Shown one piece after another: positions 17,797-26,392 of a stretch of 64,000 nt of DNA; positions within the stretch are counted from its first letter, which is position 1; each line of letters begins with the position of its first letter. The translations under genes and the position numbers were made by a program. The notes beneath the pieces are model-generated. The model worked only from the letters and a program-made list of their open reading frames with translations, was not told the origin of the DNA and did no database searches. Source of the stretch: Nitrospirota bacterium (GTDB lineage: Bacteria > Nitrospirota > Nitrospiria > SBBL01 > JAADHI01); NCBI GenBank assembly GCA_029261155.1, contig JAJDBW010000077.1, positions 2,365 to 66,364 on the forward strand. Reading direction: 5' to 3'.

Positions 17797-19138
17797 TCGG
17801 TTTTACACATGATAAAAATAGGTCTCTTAAGGCTCTGTTGGTTTTCTCCGAATCAAAATGAGTACACACTTTTTCTCGACCCGCCTGACCTAATTGCGCC
17901 CTCAAATATGGATCTTTCAGGTAAATTTCAAGGGCATCGGCCAAGGCAAGGTCATTTTTTTGTGGAACGAGTAAACCATTTATTCCATTATCGATGAGCT
18001 CTGGAATGCCCGATATTGCAGTTGAAATCACCGGAATGCCCATTGCCATGGATTCGACCAAAACATTGGGAATGCCGTCGCGATCCCCATTGTTGACGAT
18101 CTGACAGGGGAGCACGAAGAGGGTGCATTCTGCATAGATTGTCCTCAATTCCTCCTGGGTGACTCCTCCGGTGATCAAGACCTGTTTTTCTAATTTAAGA
18201 TCGCGTATCAGGCCTTCAATCACTTCCGATTGATCGTCGGCTTCCCCCACGATCCTGCATTGAAAACCATAACCCCGCTCTTTGAGGATTTGGCAGGCCT
18301 TGACCAAGGAAACAAAGCCCTTTTTTTCGACAAAGCGGCCCACAGACAGCATGACGGGTTTTCCTTGAGCAAGCGCTGGGTTTTCGCGCGGCTTAAATTT
18401 TTGAGTATCCAATCCGTGGTAAATCGTATGGATGGTGTGATTCCCTTGGCCGATTTTGCTGAGATAGCTTTGGTTCGCAGCCGTACAGGTCACGACAAAC
18501 CGGGCTTCCTTTATTTTTCTTTCTAAAAGATCTCCCGGATTCAGGGTCGATAAATAAATATCCTTGGCGTGGGCGGTGAAGCTAAAGGGAATGTGCGTGA
18601 GGCGGCTCACAAACATCGTAATGGTTGTTGAGCCATGACAAAAGTGACCATGCAGGTGGCGAACACGGCCAGATGCCAAGACCTGCTGTGCTATATATCC
18701 CGCTTGAAGAAACTCCTTAATAAAAGTTTTTTTAGGTTTCTTAAAAAAACCTGAACGATAGTGAAGAGTCATCTGCACCATTTGCAATGCAGTCGATAAG
18801 TAGGACCAGGGTGCTCGCCGCAATAAATAAAGGTGACTTTTAATGAACTTGGGCAGATTTGCCAGAAGCCATCCCAACAAATGACTCCCCGATAAGGAGC
18901 TTACAGAAGGGAGATATTGAACCGCGGATCGACCGTGGTCCGCCGGAGCATGTTGTTTCGATGCCGCAGGGGGTTTCTTCACAGAAAACACACGAATTAC
19001 CAGGCCCATCTTCTTGAGCAACGCGATCTCATTCATGATGAAGGTCTCGGAGAGCCGAGGGTATTCCTTCATGATGTAGGCGATTTCGGATTGATCGCTA
19101 TGCGCGTCCGTCTGACCAGGCGCTTTCTCGGGGGTCAC
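17789..19138 (-). CDS. Glycosyltransferase family 4 (WcaL-like)
   Basis: 449-aa ORF. KEYPRLSETFIMNEIALL head, VEKKGFVSLVKAC and DRDGIPNVLVESMAMGIPVISTAISG. Confidence 0.85.
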   Translation of the reverse strand: MTPEKAPGQTDAHSDQSEIAYIMKEYPRLSETFIMNEIALLKKMGLVIRVFSVKKPPAASKQHAPADHGRSAVQYLPSVSSLSGSHLLGWLLANLPKFIKSHLYLLRRAPWSYLSTALQMVQMTLHYRSGFFKKPKKTFIKEFLQAGYIAQQVLASGRVRHLHGHFCHGSTTITMFVSRLTHIPFSFTAHAKDIYLSTLNPGDLLERKIKEARFVVTCTAANQSYLSKIGQGNHTIHTIYHGLDTQKFKPRENPALAQGKPVMLSVGRFVEKKGFVSLVKACQILKERGYGFQCRIVGEADDQSEVIEGLIRDLKLEKQVLITGGVTQEELRTIYAECTLFVLPCQIVNNGDRDGIPNVLVESMAMGIPVISTAISGIPELIDNGINGLLVPQKNDLALADALEIYLKDPYLRAQLGQAGREKVCTHFDSEKTNRALRDLFLSCVKPIG

Positions 19139-19172
19139 TCCACTTCTCCATGTTTCCTAAAATTCAATGCAA

Positions 19173-20336
19173 TCAAAAGGATCCAAGTAATTCGGTGATT
19201 TTACCCAGAGCTCCCATATCCAAATGTCCATTGGGGATCCTGTTTTTTTTAGCGCTTAATTCTTCAACCAATAATGATGAAAGTAAAGGTGGACTCAAGT
19301 GATCGGGGTGGATCGTCCTGAATAGATTTAATTGTGCCATGCGTTCAGCGCGGATGGCCTGTTCTTGCACGGGCTTGACCCTTGGAACAATAATCGCACG
19401 TTTCTTAAGTGTGAGGATTTCGCATATGGTATTGTAACCACCCATCGAAATAACCACATCGGAAGCACCCATATAGCTCATCATATCTTCGGTAAAGTCC
19501 AAAACTCGAAGAGAACGATATCGCAGCATAGCCTCAGAAAGACGCGCTCTGTGAGGGTCCGGCAATTCGGGGCCGCTGATTATCAGACTTTTGACATAAA
19601 CCGGAATCAAATCGAGGCTTGCGATGTAGGTCTCGAGAAGCCGGTAGCCATCTTGGCCTCCGCCCGGCGTCACCAGGACTAGAGGATCGTCTCCAAGACC
19701 CAATTCTCTTCTGATGGTCTCTCGTGTTTTTCGCCCTCCCTCACGGGCGATGTACCCGCAAAAACGAACCTTCTGGGCCACCGATTTAGGAAACCGATAT
19801 TCTTTGATCACGTCAAAGACTCCGGTCGTGCCGACAACGAGGACAAGGTCATAAAAGCGTTCTATGATTTTATAATATCTATTTTTCCGCCAAACCTTCA
19901 GCGTCGATTCCGGCGAGTCGAGGATATCGCGTAGAAGTAGTACAATCTTCGTTGCGGGAAGATCGCTTTCGATATATTCGAGCGTTTCTTTCAATTCGTT
20001 TTTAATGCCAAAAGGTTTTTTATCGATGAGAAAGATCTCCGGCTTGAAACTGGCCACGGCAGAACGGATGAGCTGGGTCCGGAGTTTCATCGTTTCGTCA
20101 ATTCCGGTTCCAAGAAACTTAACCGTATAGCCCTCTGCTTCAGACCGGTTGAGGCAGGGGAGTTTAAGGTAATCGAGCCGATTAGGAATGCGCAGCGCAT
20201 GGATCATAGGTGAACTTGAAATCACAAGTATAGACAGATCTCGGAAATGTTTGATCAGATAGGTACAGATCGAAAGCATCCTCCGAATGTTTCCAAGACC
20301 ATAGGTGTCGTGCGAATAAACCAACAATCGTTTCAT
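19173..20336 (-). CDS. MurG/GT28-like glycosyltransferase (COG4671-like)
   Basis: 387-aa ORF. MKRLLVYSHDTYGLGNIRRMLSI head, and GGYNTICEILTLKKRAIIVPRVKPVQEQAIRAERMAQL tail. Confidence 0.7.
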   Translation of the reverse strand: MKRLLVYSHDTYGLGNIRRMLSICTYLIKHFRDLSILVISSSPMIHALRIPNRLDYLKLPCLNRSEAEGYTVKFLGTGIDETMKLRTQLIRSAVASFKPEIFLIDKKPFGIKNELKETLEYIESDLPATKIVLLLRDILDSPESTLKVWRKNRYYKIIERFYDLVLVVGTTGVFDVIKEYRFPKSVAQKVRFCGYIAREGGRKTRETIRRELGLGDDPLVLVTPGGGQDGYRLLETYIASLDLIPVYVKSLIISGPELPDPHRARLSEAMLRYRSLRVLDFTEDMMSYMGASDVVISMGGYNTICEILTLKKRAIIVPRVKPVQEQAIRAERMAQLNLFRTIHPDHLSPPLLSSLLVEELSAKKNRIPNGHLDMGALGKITELLGSF

Positions 20337-20354
20337 ATCGATAATCCGAAAATT

Positions 20355-21704
20355 TTACGAAAAAGCGGATACCGTGTCTTCATAAACACGATGTGGAAAA
20401 ACATCCCTCGATTGTAGTTGGCCTTTTGGTTGATCAATTCCATACGGGACTTTTGTGTTAAGCAGTTGCGCTATGGCATCGCTCGCAATTAAGGCACCGT
20501 CTATGCTGAGTCCTGCTTCTTCCGGAGAGACGTGCTTACCTCCCTCTAGACCCTCTTGAATTTTTTTCAGGAGGATGGAAGCGTTTATCTTTTGTGGGTG
20601 AATCATTTCGACGAGGCCGCGCACGGCGAGGCGGCCTGCACGGATGAGTTGTTCAACCCGTGGTTTGATATGGGGGACAATAATTGCGCGTTTGTTCAAG
20701 GAAAGAATTTCGCAAATAGAGTTATATCCGCCTTTTGAAATCACAAGGTCGGCTGCGTTTAGATAGCTGAACATATTGATCGTTGAATCTAGAATCGTAA
20801 AGTTCAGACCCTTGGATTGATAGGCTTTGAGCTGCCTGCGTTTCGGCATAGACATCAGCGGGCCGGGAATGACGATTGAATCGAAGGGAAGGTTGTCGGA
20901 ATTTTGTGATTGTGAGAGCGTTTTTAAATAGAAGTCCAGGAGCTCAAATCCATCCTCCCCACCCCCTGCAGTGACAACGACGAGCCGATTGGTTTTCAAA
21001 TTCAAGGAGCGACGAAGCTGCTCCTTGGGCAGAGTTGGGGAGGTGCGGCCGATAAAGCCGCAAGAGATTATTTTCTGCTCTATATTTCCCGAAAGCCGAT
21101 ACTCACTCACTGGATCGTAAATCTCCCGATTCCCATAATGTAAAATTAAATTGTAATGATTTTCTAATAGTGCATGTATACCCTGATCTCTCCATTGACC
21201 GCGGATTGTATCTTTACCATGAGGGGCATCCATACATTCTGGGATCGGGATTTCAGACCGGTCGTCCTCGCGGGCGATCATGGCATTGTCTTCAATGTCG
21301 CACATACCGAGGACCAGCTTCGTTTCGGGCCGCTCGTTCTGAAGATAGTGAAGAGAAGGAAGCAACTCGCCTCGAACGCCAGCGGGCGCTTTATCGACCA
21401 AAACGAGGTCTGGCTTGAAAAATCGCATCGCATCCAGAATCATTTTCTCCCGCAAGGTTTTTAGCGCATCGATCTGAAGTAGAAGAGAGGGTGCGTGGAA
21501 TTTTTTTTGAGAAGGCTTATCGATGTCTGGCAATTTGATGAAGTCGAGCCGGCTTGGCAAGGTAAAGCAGCTCGGTTGGGGGGTTCCGGAAACCACGAGT
21601 TGCGAGGCATGAGGGAAATCCGAGGCCAGTTGTTCCGCAATGGCGAGAGTTCTCCGGATGTGTCCGACGCCATAAGTATCGTGAGAATAATGAAAAATCC
21701 GCAT
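20355..21704 (-). CDS. MurG/GT28-like glycosyltransferase (COG4671-like), first gene of the operon
   Basis: The track ORF starts at 21806. ATG at 21704 (MRIFHYSHDTYGVGHIRRTLAI) aligns with the N-termini of the paralogs. GGYNSICEILSLNKRAIIVPHIKPRVEQLIRAGRLA tail. Confidence 0.65.
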   Translation of the reverse strand: MRIFHYSHDTYGVGHIRRTLAIAEQLASDFPHASQLVVSGTPQPSCFTLPSRLDFIKLPDIDKPSQKKFHAPSLLLQIDALKTLREKMILDAMRFFKPDLVLVDKAPAGVRGELLPSLHYLQNERPETKLVLGMCDIEDNAMIAREDDRSEIPIPECMDAPHGKDTIRGQWRDQGIHALLENHYNLILHYGNREIYDPVSEYRLSGNIEQKIISCGFIGRTSPTLPKEQLRRSLNLKTNRLVVVTAGGGEDGFELLDFYLKTLSQSQNSDNLPFDSIVIPGPLMSMPKRRQLKAYQSKGLNFTILDSTINMFSYLNAADLVISKGGYNSICEILSLNKRAIIVPHIKPRVEQLIRAGRLAVRGLVEMIHPQKINASILLKKIQEGLEGGKHVSPEEAGLSIDGALIASDAIAQLLNTKVPYGIDQPKGQLQSRDVFPHRVYEDTVSAFS

Positions 21705-21852
21705 GTCGTTCTTCCTTTCCGATAACGATCGAGATGAGGTTTTGGCCGGCCACTCCGGCTGGCCAAATGCCCTAAAATAAACCTTGAATTCTACTTTCTT
21801 GAACATTCCTCAATTCATCTAACGCATGCATTGAAGCGTCTGAAGCAATGAG

Positions 21853-22200
21853 TCAGTTGCAGTTTTGGATTGGTACTTTTGTGAGAACATGATCTCCTGT
21901 CGCATTCTGGTTAACCAAAAAACATTCTCCATTTGTGTCAAGGTGAAAGGTTTTGTGCGTGGCGCTGGGTGCCCTTATGTCTAATTCACGTTCCGGGAGC
22001 GTGTTCACAATTATAGATCCGACAATGGTGCCGAGAATGATCCCTTCGACGACATGATGTGAATGGTGACCGAATCTAAAAAGGTGTTTCATTTCATGTC
22101 CTCGCCCGTGACGGCCACCATGCCCACCTTTGGCTATCGCAGGTGCTGCCGCAACAAACACGCTTAGTGATAATACGATGATCCAAGTTGTCCATTTCAT
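21853..22200 (-). CDS. Small secreted His-rich protein, unknown function
   Basis: ATG at 22200 is preceded by a GGAGG-type RBS. MKWTTWIIVLSLSVFVAAAPAIA is a signal peptide. It is followed by KGGHGGRHGRGHEMKHLFRFGHHSHH, a Gly-rich hydrophobic segment, and two Cys near the C-terminus. Confidence 0.5.
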   Translation of the reverse strand: MKWTTWIIVLSLSVFVAAAPAIAKGGHGGRHGRGHEMKHLFRFGHHSHHVVEGIILGTIVGSIIVNTLPERELDIRAPSATHKTFHLDTNGECFLVNQNATGDHVLTKVPIQNCN

Positions 22201-22391
22201 ATTGCTCCTCCAAATGATCCGATGGTGAATGGATATGCAGACCTGTTTCAAGTCTCGTTTTCCCTACGATTAAAAATATCTACAGACGCTTGGGTAGTGA
22301 TGTTTCCAACGATCTTGCTAAATCTTCGTTTAGCATTTTTGCGACAGAGAGATTTCATCAACTGTCATACGATCCTGGGCCCGCTGCAGGT

Positions 22392-23498
22392 CTAAAGATC
22401 CTCGATTCTGATTGCTAAGTCCCCGAATAGGTGAACCTCGACATTCGGGGTCGCCGATAGAAGCTGCTGTAGGGTTTCCGGCAAACTGCCAAAAGTTCGG
22501 TCGTTGTCCAATTCAACACCGCGTACCCGTTCGATCATGGAATCGTCGATCAGGGTGTTGGCGTTCACCCGCACCGTGCGCCCGTTAATGACGAAGGAGT
22601 CCGCCGTCACATTGCTTACCACGCCGACGACTTCGTTGCCGTTGCTTCGACTGCTGCTGTTGCTGCTGGAAAAATCGTCTTCGCGTTCGATGCGCGTGGC
22701 GTCGATGGCCGTTTCTGAAATGGCGTTTCCCTTCACTTCGACGAACTGCCCTTCAACCAGGCCGGTATTGCCGAAATTGTCATCGAGGTCGCTTGTATCG
22801 AAGGTCACCGTCAGGCTGTTGATTTCAAACTGGCCGCCATTCAAGTTGCGGACAAATCCTTTGACCTCGCCCTCGCCGGCATTGCGATTGCCGACGCCGA
22901 TACGGTCGCGGTTGTCGACATCTTCAATGCGGCTCGCTTCTAGTCCGTTGCCGGTGGGGAAGCCGTTGACTTCCACAAGCATGCCGGCTCTGAGTAATTG
23001 GTCGAGTGTCTCGCTTAGGTTGCCGAAGGGCAGGTCGTTGTCGATTTCGCCGCCGCGCACGCGTTCGATGATGGAATCGTCGATGATAGTATTACGCGTG
23101 ACCGTTACCGTCTGGCCGAGCGCCACAAAGGAACCCTCCGCTGCAGAAACTTGGGTGATGGCGCCGACCAGCTCGTTGTCGACGCTGATACTGTTGGCCA
23201 CGCCATTGCTGCTGTCTGATCTGCTGCCGCGAACCGCGACGATCTGGCCCAAGCCCAGATATTGGCGCAGCTGATTGTCGCTCGGCCGGTCCACGATGAG
23301 CGACCCATCGTCCGCTGAGACAATGCGCGAATTCTCGGTTTCGTAGCGCACGCCGTTGACGATAATGCTGCCGAAGCCGCTAATGGCCCCGACGGAGGGG
23401 TCGGTCGAGGTGGAAGTCGAACCGTCGCCGCCGCAGGCGGTCAGCGCGGTCGCCATGGCAAGTACAATTATCGTTGTCGAAAATCGATGGGTATACAT
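22392..23498 (-). CDS. Lipoprotein built from repeated small beta-domain units (family I recall as DUF5666)
   Basis: 368-aa ORF. Lipobox ALTAC-GG. GFGSIIVNGVRYE head. Repeated units end in xVEVxG...A(S/T)RIExxD. There is an internal duplication: TVTRNTIIDDSIIERVRGGEIDNDLPFGNLSETLDQLL versus TVRVNANTLIDDSMIERVRGVELDNDRTFGSLPETLQQLL. Confidence 0.65.
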   Translation of the reverse strand: MYTHRFSTTIIVLAMATALTACGGDGSTSTSTDPSVGAISGFGSIIVNGVRYETENSRIVSADDGSLIVDRPSDNQLRQYLGLGQIVAVRGSRSDSSNGVANSISVDNELVGAITQVSAAEGSFVALGQTVTVTRNTIIDDSIIERVRGGEIDNDLPFGNLSETLDQLLRAGMLVEVNGFPTGNGLEASRIEDVDNRDRIGVGNRNAGEGEVKGFVRNLNGGQFEINSLTVTFDTSDLDDNFGNTGLVEGQFVEVKGNAISETAIDATRIEREDDFSSSNSSSRSNGNEVVGVVSNVTADSFVINGRTVRVNANTLIDDSMIERVRGVELDNDRTFGSLPETLQQLLSATPNVEVHLFGDLAIRIEDL

Positions 23499-23534
23499 GA
23501 TTTCTTCTCTTGTTTGTTCGGTTGTATATTTGGC

Positions 23535-23565
23535 TTTTTGGCCGGCCGAAGCGGCCGGCCAAAAA
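23535..23565. terminator. Bidirectional intrinsic terminator hairpin
   Basis: TTTTT-GGCCGGCC-GAAGC-GGCCGGCC-AAAAA. It has a perfect 8-bp GC stem, a 5-nt loop, and T and A runs on either side. It lies 9 nt downstream of the stop of the gene at 23574-25034. Confidence 0.75.
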
Positions 23566-23573
23566 GTCCTAGA

Positions 23574-25034
23574 TTAATCCTCGAATTCCACTTCCTCGGC
23601 AGTGATAACGCCGCCTAAGAATGTCCCTTTGGTCTTGACCAGCGTCCCAATCTTCGCCTGGGAGAAGAAGGTCGCTGCCGTGATGGGGGCATCATTTACA
23701 TCTTTAAAGACTGCCCCGGATGTATTCACGCTGAGGCCCAAGAGCGTGAGGTTGGGATTGGCGAGCGCTTCGACGGGCGCTTGGAGACGGACGGGTTTTC
23801 CTTGGTCGTCGTTGTTCCGTTCGACCCGTGTAGCGGTCACGACGCCGTTCTTGGAAAGGTAGCCTCGGATTTCCAAGCGGTCTCCGGCGGTGATCGCAGA
23901 GAAGGCGATGGTTCCACTATCCTTATCCTCGAGCCGGGCCGCGCCGTTAATCACCACAGCCTTTCCTAGAAGGGTGACGGTGTTGAGGCCGGAGCTGCTA
24001 ACGCTTTCGACATTGGCTTCGATCCTGATCTGGTTTTCGTGGAATTTCACTTTCCGGGCCACCAAGACGCCTGCGGCATTCATGCGGCCTTCCACTTCCA
24101 GACGTACATTGGCGGCGACATCGTCCTTTGCCCCATCCTCGAAGACAGCCGAGGCGGCATCGACTGCTTGACCATTGATCGAAAAGGCTGAGCTGGAGAT
24201 GAAGGTTGTGACCAAGCCTTCGATTTCCGCGACCTCGTTTGCGTTTAGGCCGGGAATTGCATCTTCTTTTTGAATGCGCGTGGCCGTCAATGCGGTACCG
24301 GCGGCACCGCGGGTGCCTTTGACTTCAACCAAGAGGCCGTTTGCCAGGTCGGCTTCTGTCATCCTTTCAAAGGTGATGGATCCGCTGTAATCGATGGACT
24401 GGCTGGCGAGCGTAAAGGTTTTGTTTGTCGTGTTGAGGTTCAAAACCGTTCCTCGCAATTCCAGCTCAGTGGTGCCTTGTACGAAGCTATCGTCCCGCTT
24501 TAGAATCAAAGTCGCTTGGACCTTGTCATCGGCAAAGGCCAGACCGCTGACTTCGAGCATGTCGTCATTCCCTAAAGTGGCGAAGGCGACCGTATTGCCG
24601 ACGTTATCTTCGATTTTGGTGGAATCATCGATAATTACCGTCCTGCCGAGCACCGTCAGGGTTTTTGTCGTATCGTCCCTGCCGTCGACTGGTCCTTCCA
24701 CTTCGTTTTCAAATTCGACTTCGGTGGCCGTTCCGGTGGTCCCATCGTCGTTGATCGTCCCTTTGATCGTGACCACTTGACCAATCCGGAGCTGATCTTG
24801 CGTTGTCCCGCTTTGATTGTCGTCGATAATGAAGGTTGCGCCGTCTGTGTTGAACTTGACGCCGCCTCGGATAATGCTTCCGAAGCCTTCGATGGTGCCT
24901 TGGCTGATGCCCGTGCCGCCGATGCCGCCGGAGGCGGTCGTTCCGCCGCCATTACTACTTCCGCTGCTCCCGCAGGAGGCGGAAAGGACTGCGACCAAGA
25001 ACAGGGGCAGGATGTTTTTTAATACGTGTTTCAT
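23574..25034 (-). CDS. Lipoprotein with at least 6 DUF5666-like repeat units
   Basis: ATG at 25034 (MKHVLKNILPLFLVAVLSASCGSS) gives a signal peptide plus lipobox and is preceded by GAGGAG. GFGSIIRGGVKFN head. Repeats include VTIKGTINDDGTTGTATEVEFE, VEVKGTRGAAGTALTATRIQKED, LEVEGRMNAAGVLVARKVKFHE, LEIRGYLSKNGVVTATRVERNN and VKTKGTFLGGVITAEEVEFED. Confidence 0.65.
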   Translation of the reverse strand: MKHVLKNILPLFLVAVLSASCGSSGSSNGGGTTASGGIGGTGISQGTIEGFGSIIRGGVKFNTDGATFIIDDNQSGTTQDQLRIGQVVTIKGTINDDGTTGTATEVEFENEVEGPVDGRDDTTKTLTVLGRTVIIDDSTKIEDNVGNTVAFATLGNDDMLEVSGLAFADDKVQATLILKRDDSFVQGTTELELRGTVLNLNTTNKTFTLASQSIDYSGSITFERMTEADLANGLLVEVKGTRGAAGTALTATRIQKEDAIPGLNANEVAEIEGLVTTFISSSAFSINGQAVDAASAVFEDGAKDDVAANVRLEVEGRMNAAGVLVARKVKFHENQIRIEANVESVSSSGLNTVTLLGKAVVINGAARLEDKDSGTIAFSAITAGDRLEIRGYLSKNGVVTATRVERNNDDQGKPVRLQAPVEALANPNLTLLGLSVNTSGAVFKDVNDAPITAATFFSQAKIGTLVKTKGTFLGGVITAEEVEFED

Positions 25035-25111
25035 GGTGAATCTCCTCTCGTTGTCGTTTTGTTGTGTGGTTGTTTTTTGTTTGTAAGGGTATGCACTGTT
25101 TTCGATTTTTT

Positions 25112-25948
25112 TCATGATGAGGGCTCTCCTTCTGTGAAATCTTCTTCAAAGTAGTAAATGCCGATGCCGGCACGTTTTCTTCCGCTGCCCTTAACCGTTG
25201 GGTTGAGGTCGCGATCCTGTTGGGCGAGCCAACGATCCATTTCTTCTAATAGTGCTTGGCCTTGCACTTCGGTCATCTCCCGAAAATGCCCTAAGATCTC
25301 CTGTGGCAGATTGTCGTAGGCAACTTTTCTTTGGAAATAATGATCTGTACTTGAGCAGATGTTGTGATCGATCGTGCCGATCAGATCTTTCACGTCGACC
25401 CCCAGGATGGCAAGCTTGTCACCCTCTTGAGTGTCGGGAAGAAAGGCCCGTGCCTTCAGGCGGATGGCGCCGTTTTCTAAACGTTCGACGCAGTCCGCGC
25501 GGAGCAATTCATCCATAAGCGCTCGGGCTGGGACATCTCCGCTGAATTGCTTCACGAGTTCGGAAAAGACCGCACCCTCTCCTTCCAAGGGGAGTTCGGC
25601 CGGTTGACCCGTCTTGTCCAAGAAGCGAGGGTCCCTTGCCCATCCGCTAATGACTCGCGCCGCCCGGTGATAGCGTTGCGTGGCCGATTCGCTTTCCTCG
25701 GTCAATGGAGGAAGGGCTTTGACGCGGCGGACTTCTTTCCGATTCAATCCGGTGATGATGGAGACCCGGGAATCGGTCTGTTTTCTACCAGGGAGACCAA
25801 ATTCTTCTGAAGCGACATCGACGAAGACCTTTTTCGCCAGATCGGCAAAGGCTCCATAGGGCACATTGTTGCGCAGGAAAATGCGGACCAAAGGCCGGAG
25901 GATCTTTAGTATGGTTCCAAATAAGATATGGTTTGTTTGTGTGTCCAT
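25112..25948 (-). CDS. Uncharacterised cytoplasmic protein (possibly the family I recall as DUF6502)
   Basis: The track ORF starts at 25963, but ATG at 25948 (MDTQTNHILFGTILKILRPLVRIFLRNNVPYGAFADLAKKVFVDVA...) has a GAGGA RBS 8 nt upstream. The segment SRVSIITGLNRKEVRRV may be HTH-like. No firm family call. Confidence 0.5.
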   Translation of the reverse strand: MDTQTNHILFGTILKILRPLVRIFLRNNVPYGAFADLAKKVFVDVASEEFGLPGRKQTDSRVSIITGLNRKEVRRVKALPPLTEESESATQRYHRAARVISGWARDPRFLDKTGQPAELPLEGEGAVFSELVKQFSGDVPARALMDELLRADCVERLENGAIRLKARAFLPDTQEGDKLAILGVDVKDLIGTIDHNICSSTDHYFQRKVAYDNLPQEILGHFREMTEVQGQALLEEMDRWLAQQDRDLNPTVKGSGRKRAGIGIYYFEEDFTEGEPSS

Positions 25949-25963
25949 ATTTTTGTTCCTCAT

Positions 25964-25995
25964 ATTATATTTGGGATTATAATCCCAAATATAAT
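25964..25995. promoter_or_regulatory. Perfect 32-bp palindrome, candidate operator or hairpin
   Basis: ATTATATTTGGGATTA|TAATCCCAAATATAAT, checked base by base. It lies between the stop of 26015-26335 and the RBS of 25112-25948. It shares the ATTTGGG/CCCAAAT core with the palindrome at 26491-26527. Confidence 0.6.
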
Positions 25996-26014
25996 GAAAG
26001 TCAAGAGGTATTTT

Positions 26015-26335
26015 TTAACCAAAAAGCAAACCCGCACCCCAAATCGTCGCCATCATGAGGAACAACCCGGTCATGGTTGTAAGCGCTGCGAACTTTCTCT
26101 CTTGGCTCATATCCGCCGTCATGAATTGTCTCAGCCGACTTTTATAATAATCGAAACCTCTCGTTGTCTTGGCGTGAGGGACGAACTCCACACCTAAATG
26201 ACAGAGGACCTCTCTCTGAACTCGCTTCAGGGTTTCCTTTTCTGTCTTCCCCGTGCTCATACAACCAGGAAGACTCGCAAGGGTGGCCTGATAACAGCCA
26301 CGGTCATTTTTCTTGAGTTCGATATTAAATTTCAT
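26015..26335 (-). CDS. HicB-fold (UPF0150-like) domain protein with a C-terminal transmembrane anchor
   Basis: 106-aa ORF. YQATLASLPGCMSTGKTEKETLKRVQREVL matches the HicB-like antitoxin N-domain pattern (xPdLPGCxsxGxTxEEA). The C-terminus FAALTTMTGLFLMMATIWGAGLLFG is a TM helix. There is no DNA-binding domain and no adjacent HicA. Confidence 0.55.
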   Translation of the reverse strand: MKFNIELKKNDRGCYQATLASLPGCMSTGKTEKETLKRVQREVLCHLGVEFVPHAKTTRGFDYYKSRLRQFMTADMSQERKFAALTTMTGLFLMMATIWGAGLLFG

Positions 26336-26392
26336 TGGTCTGCCCTCCTCTATCTCGTCGGTCTATGAACTCCTGTATGGTTAGCTAGTAAA

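Noticed and set aside
22504-23274. 256-aa plus-strand ORF antisense to the DUF5666-like lipoprotein gene; similar antisense ORFs at 23602-24780
   Set aside because: Its Ser/Leu/Pro/Thr/Arg-rich composition mirrors the repeat-rich GC-rich gene on the other strand. The minus-strand product has a signal peptide, a lipobox and a repeat architecture, while the antisense one has none of these.
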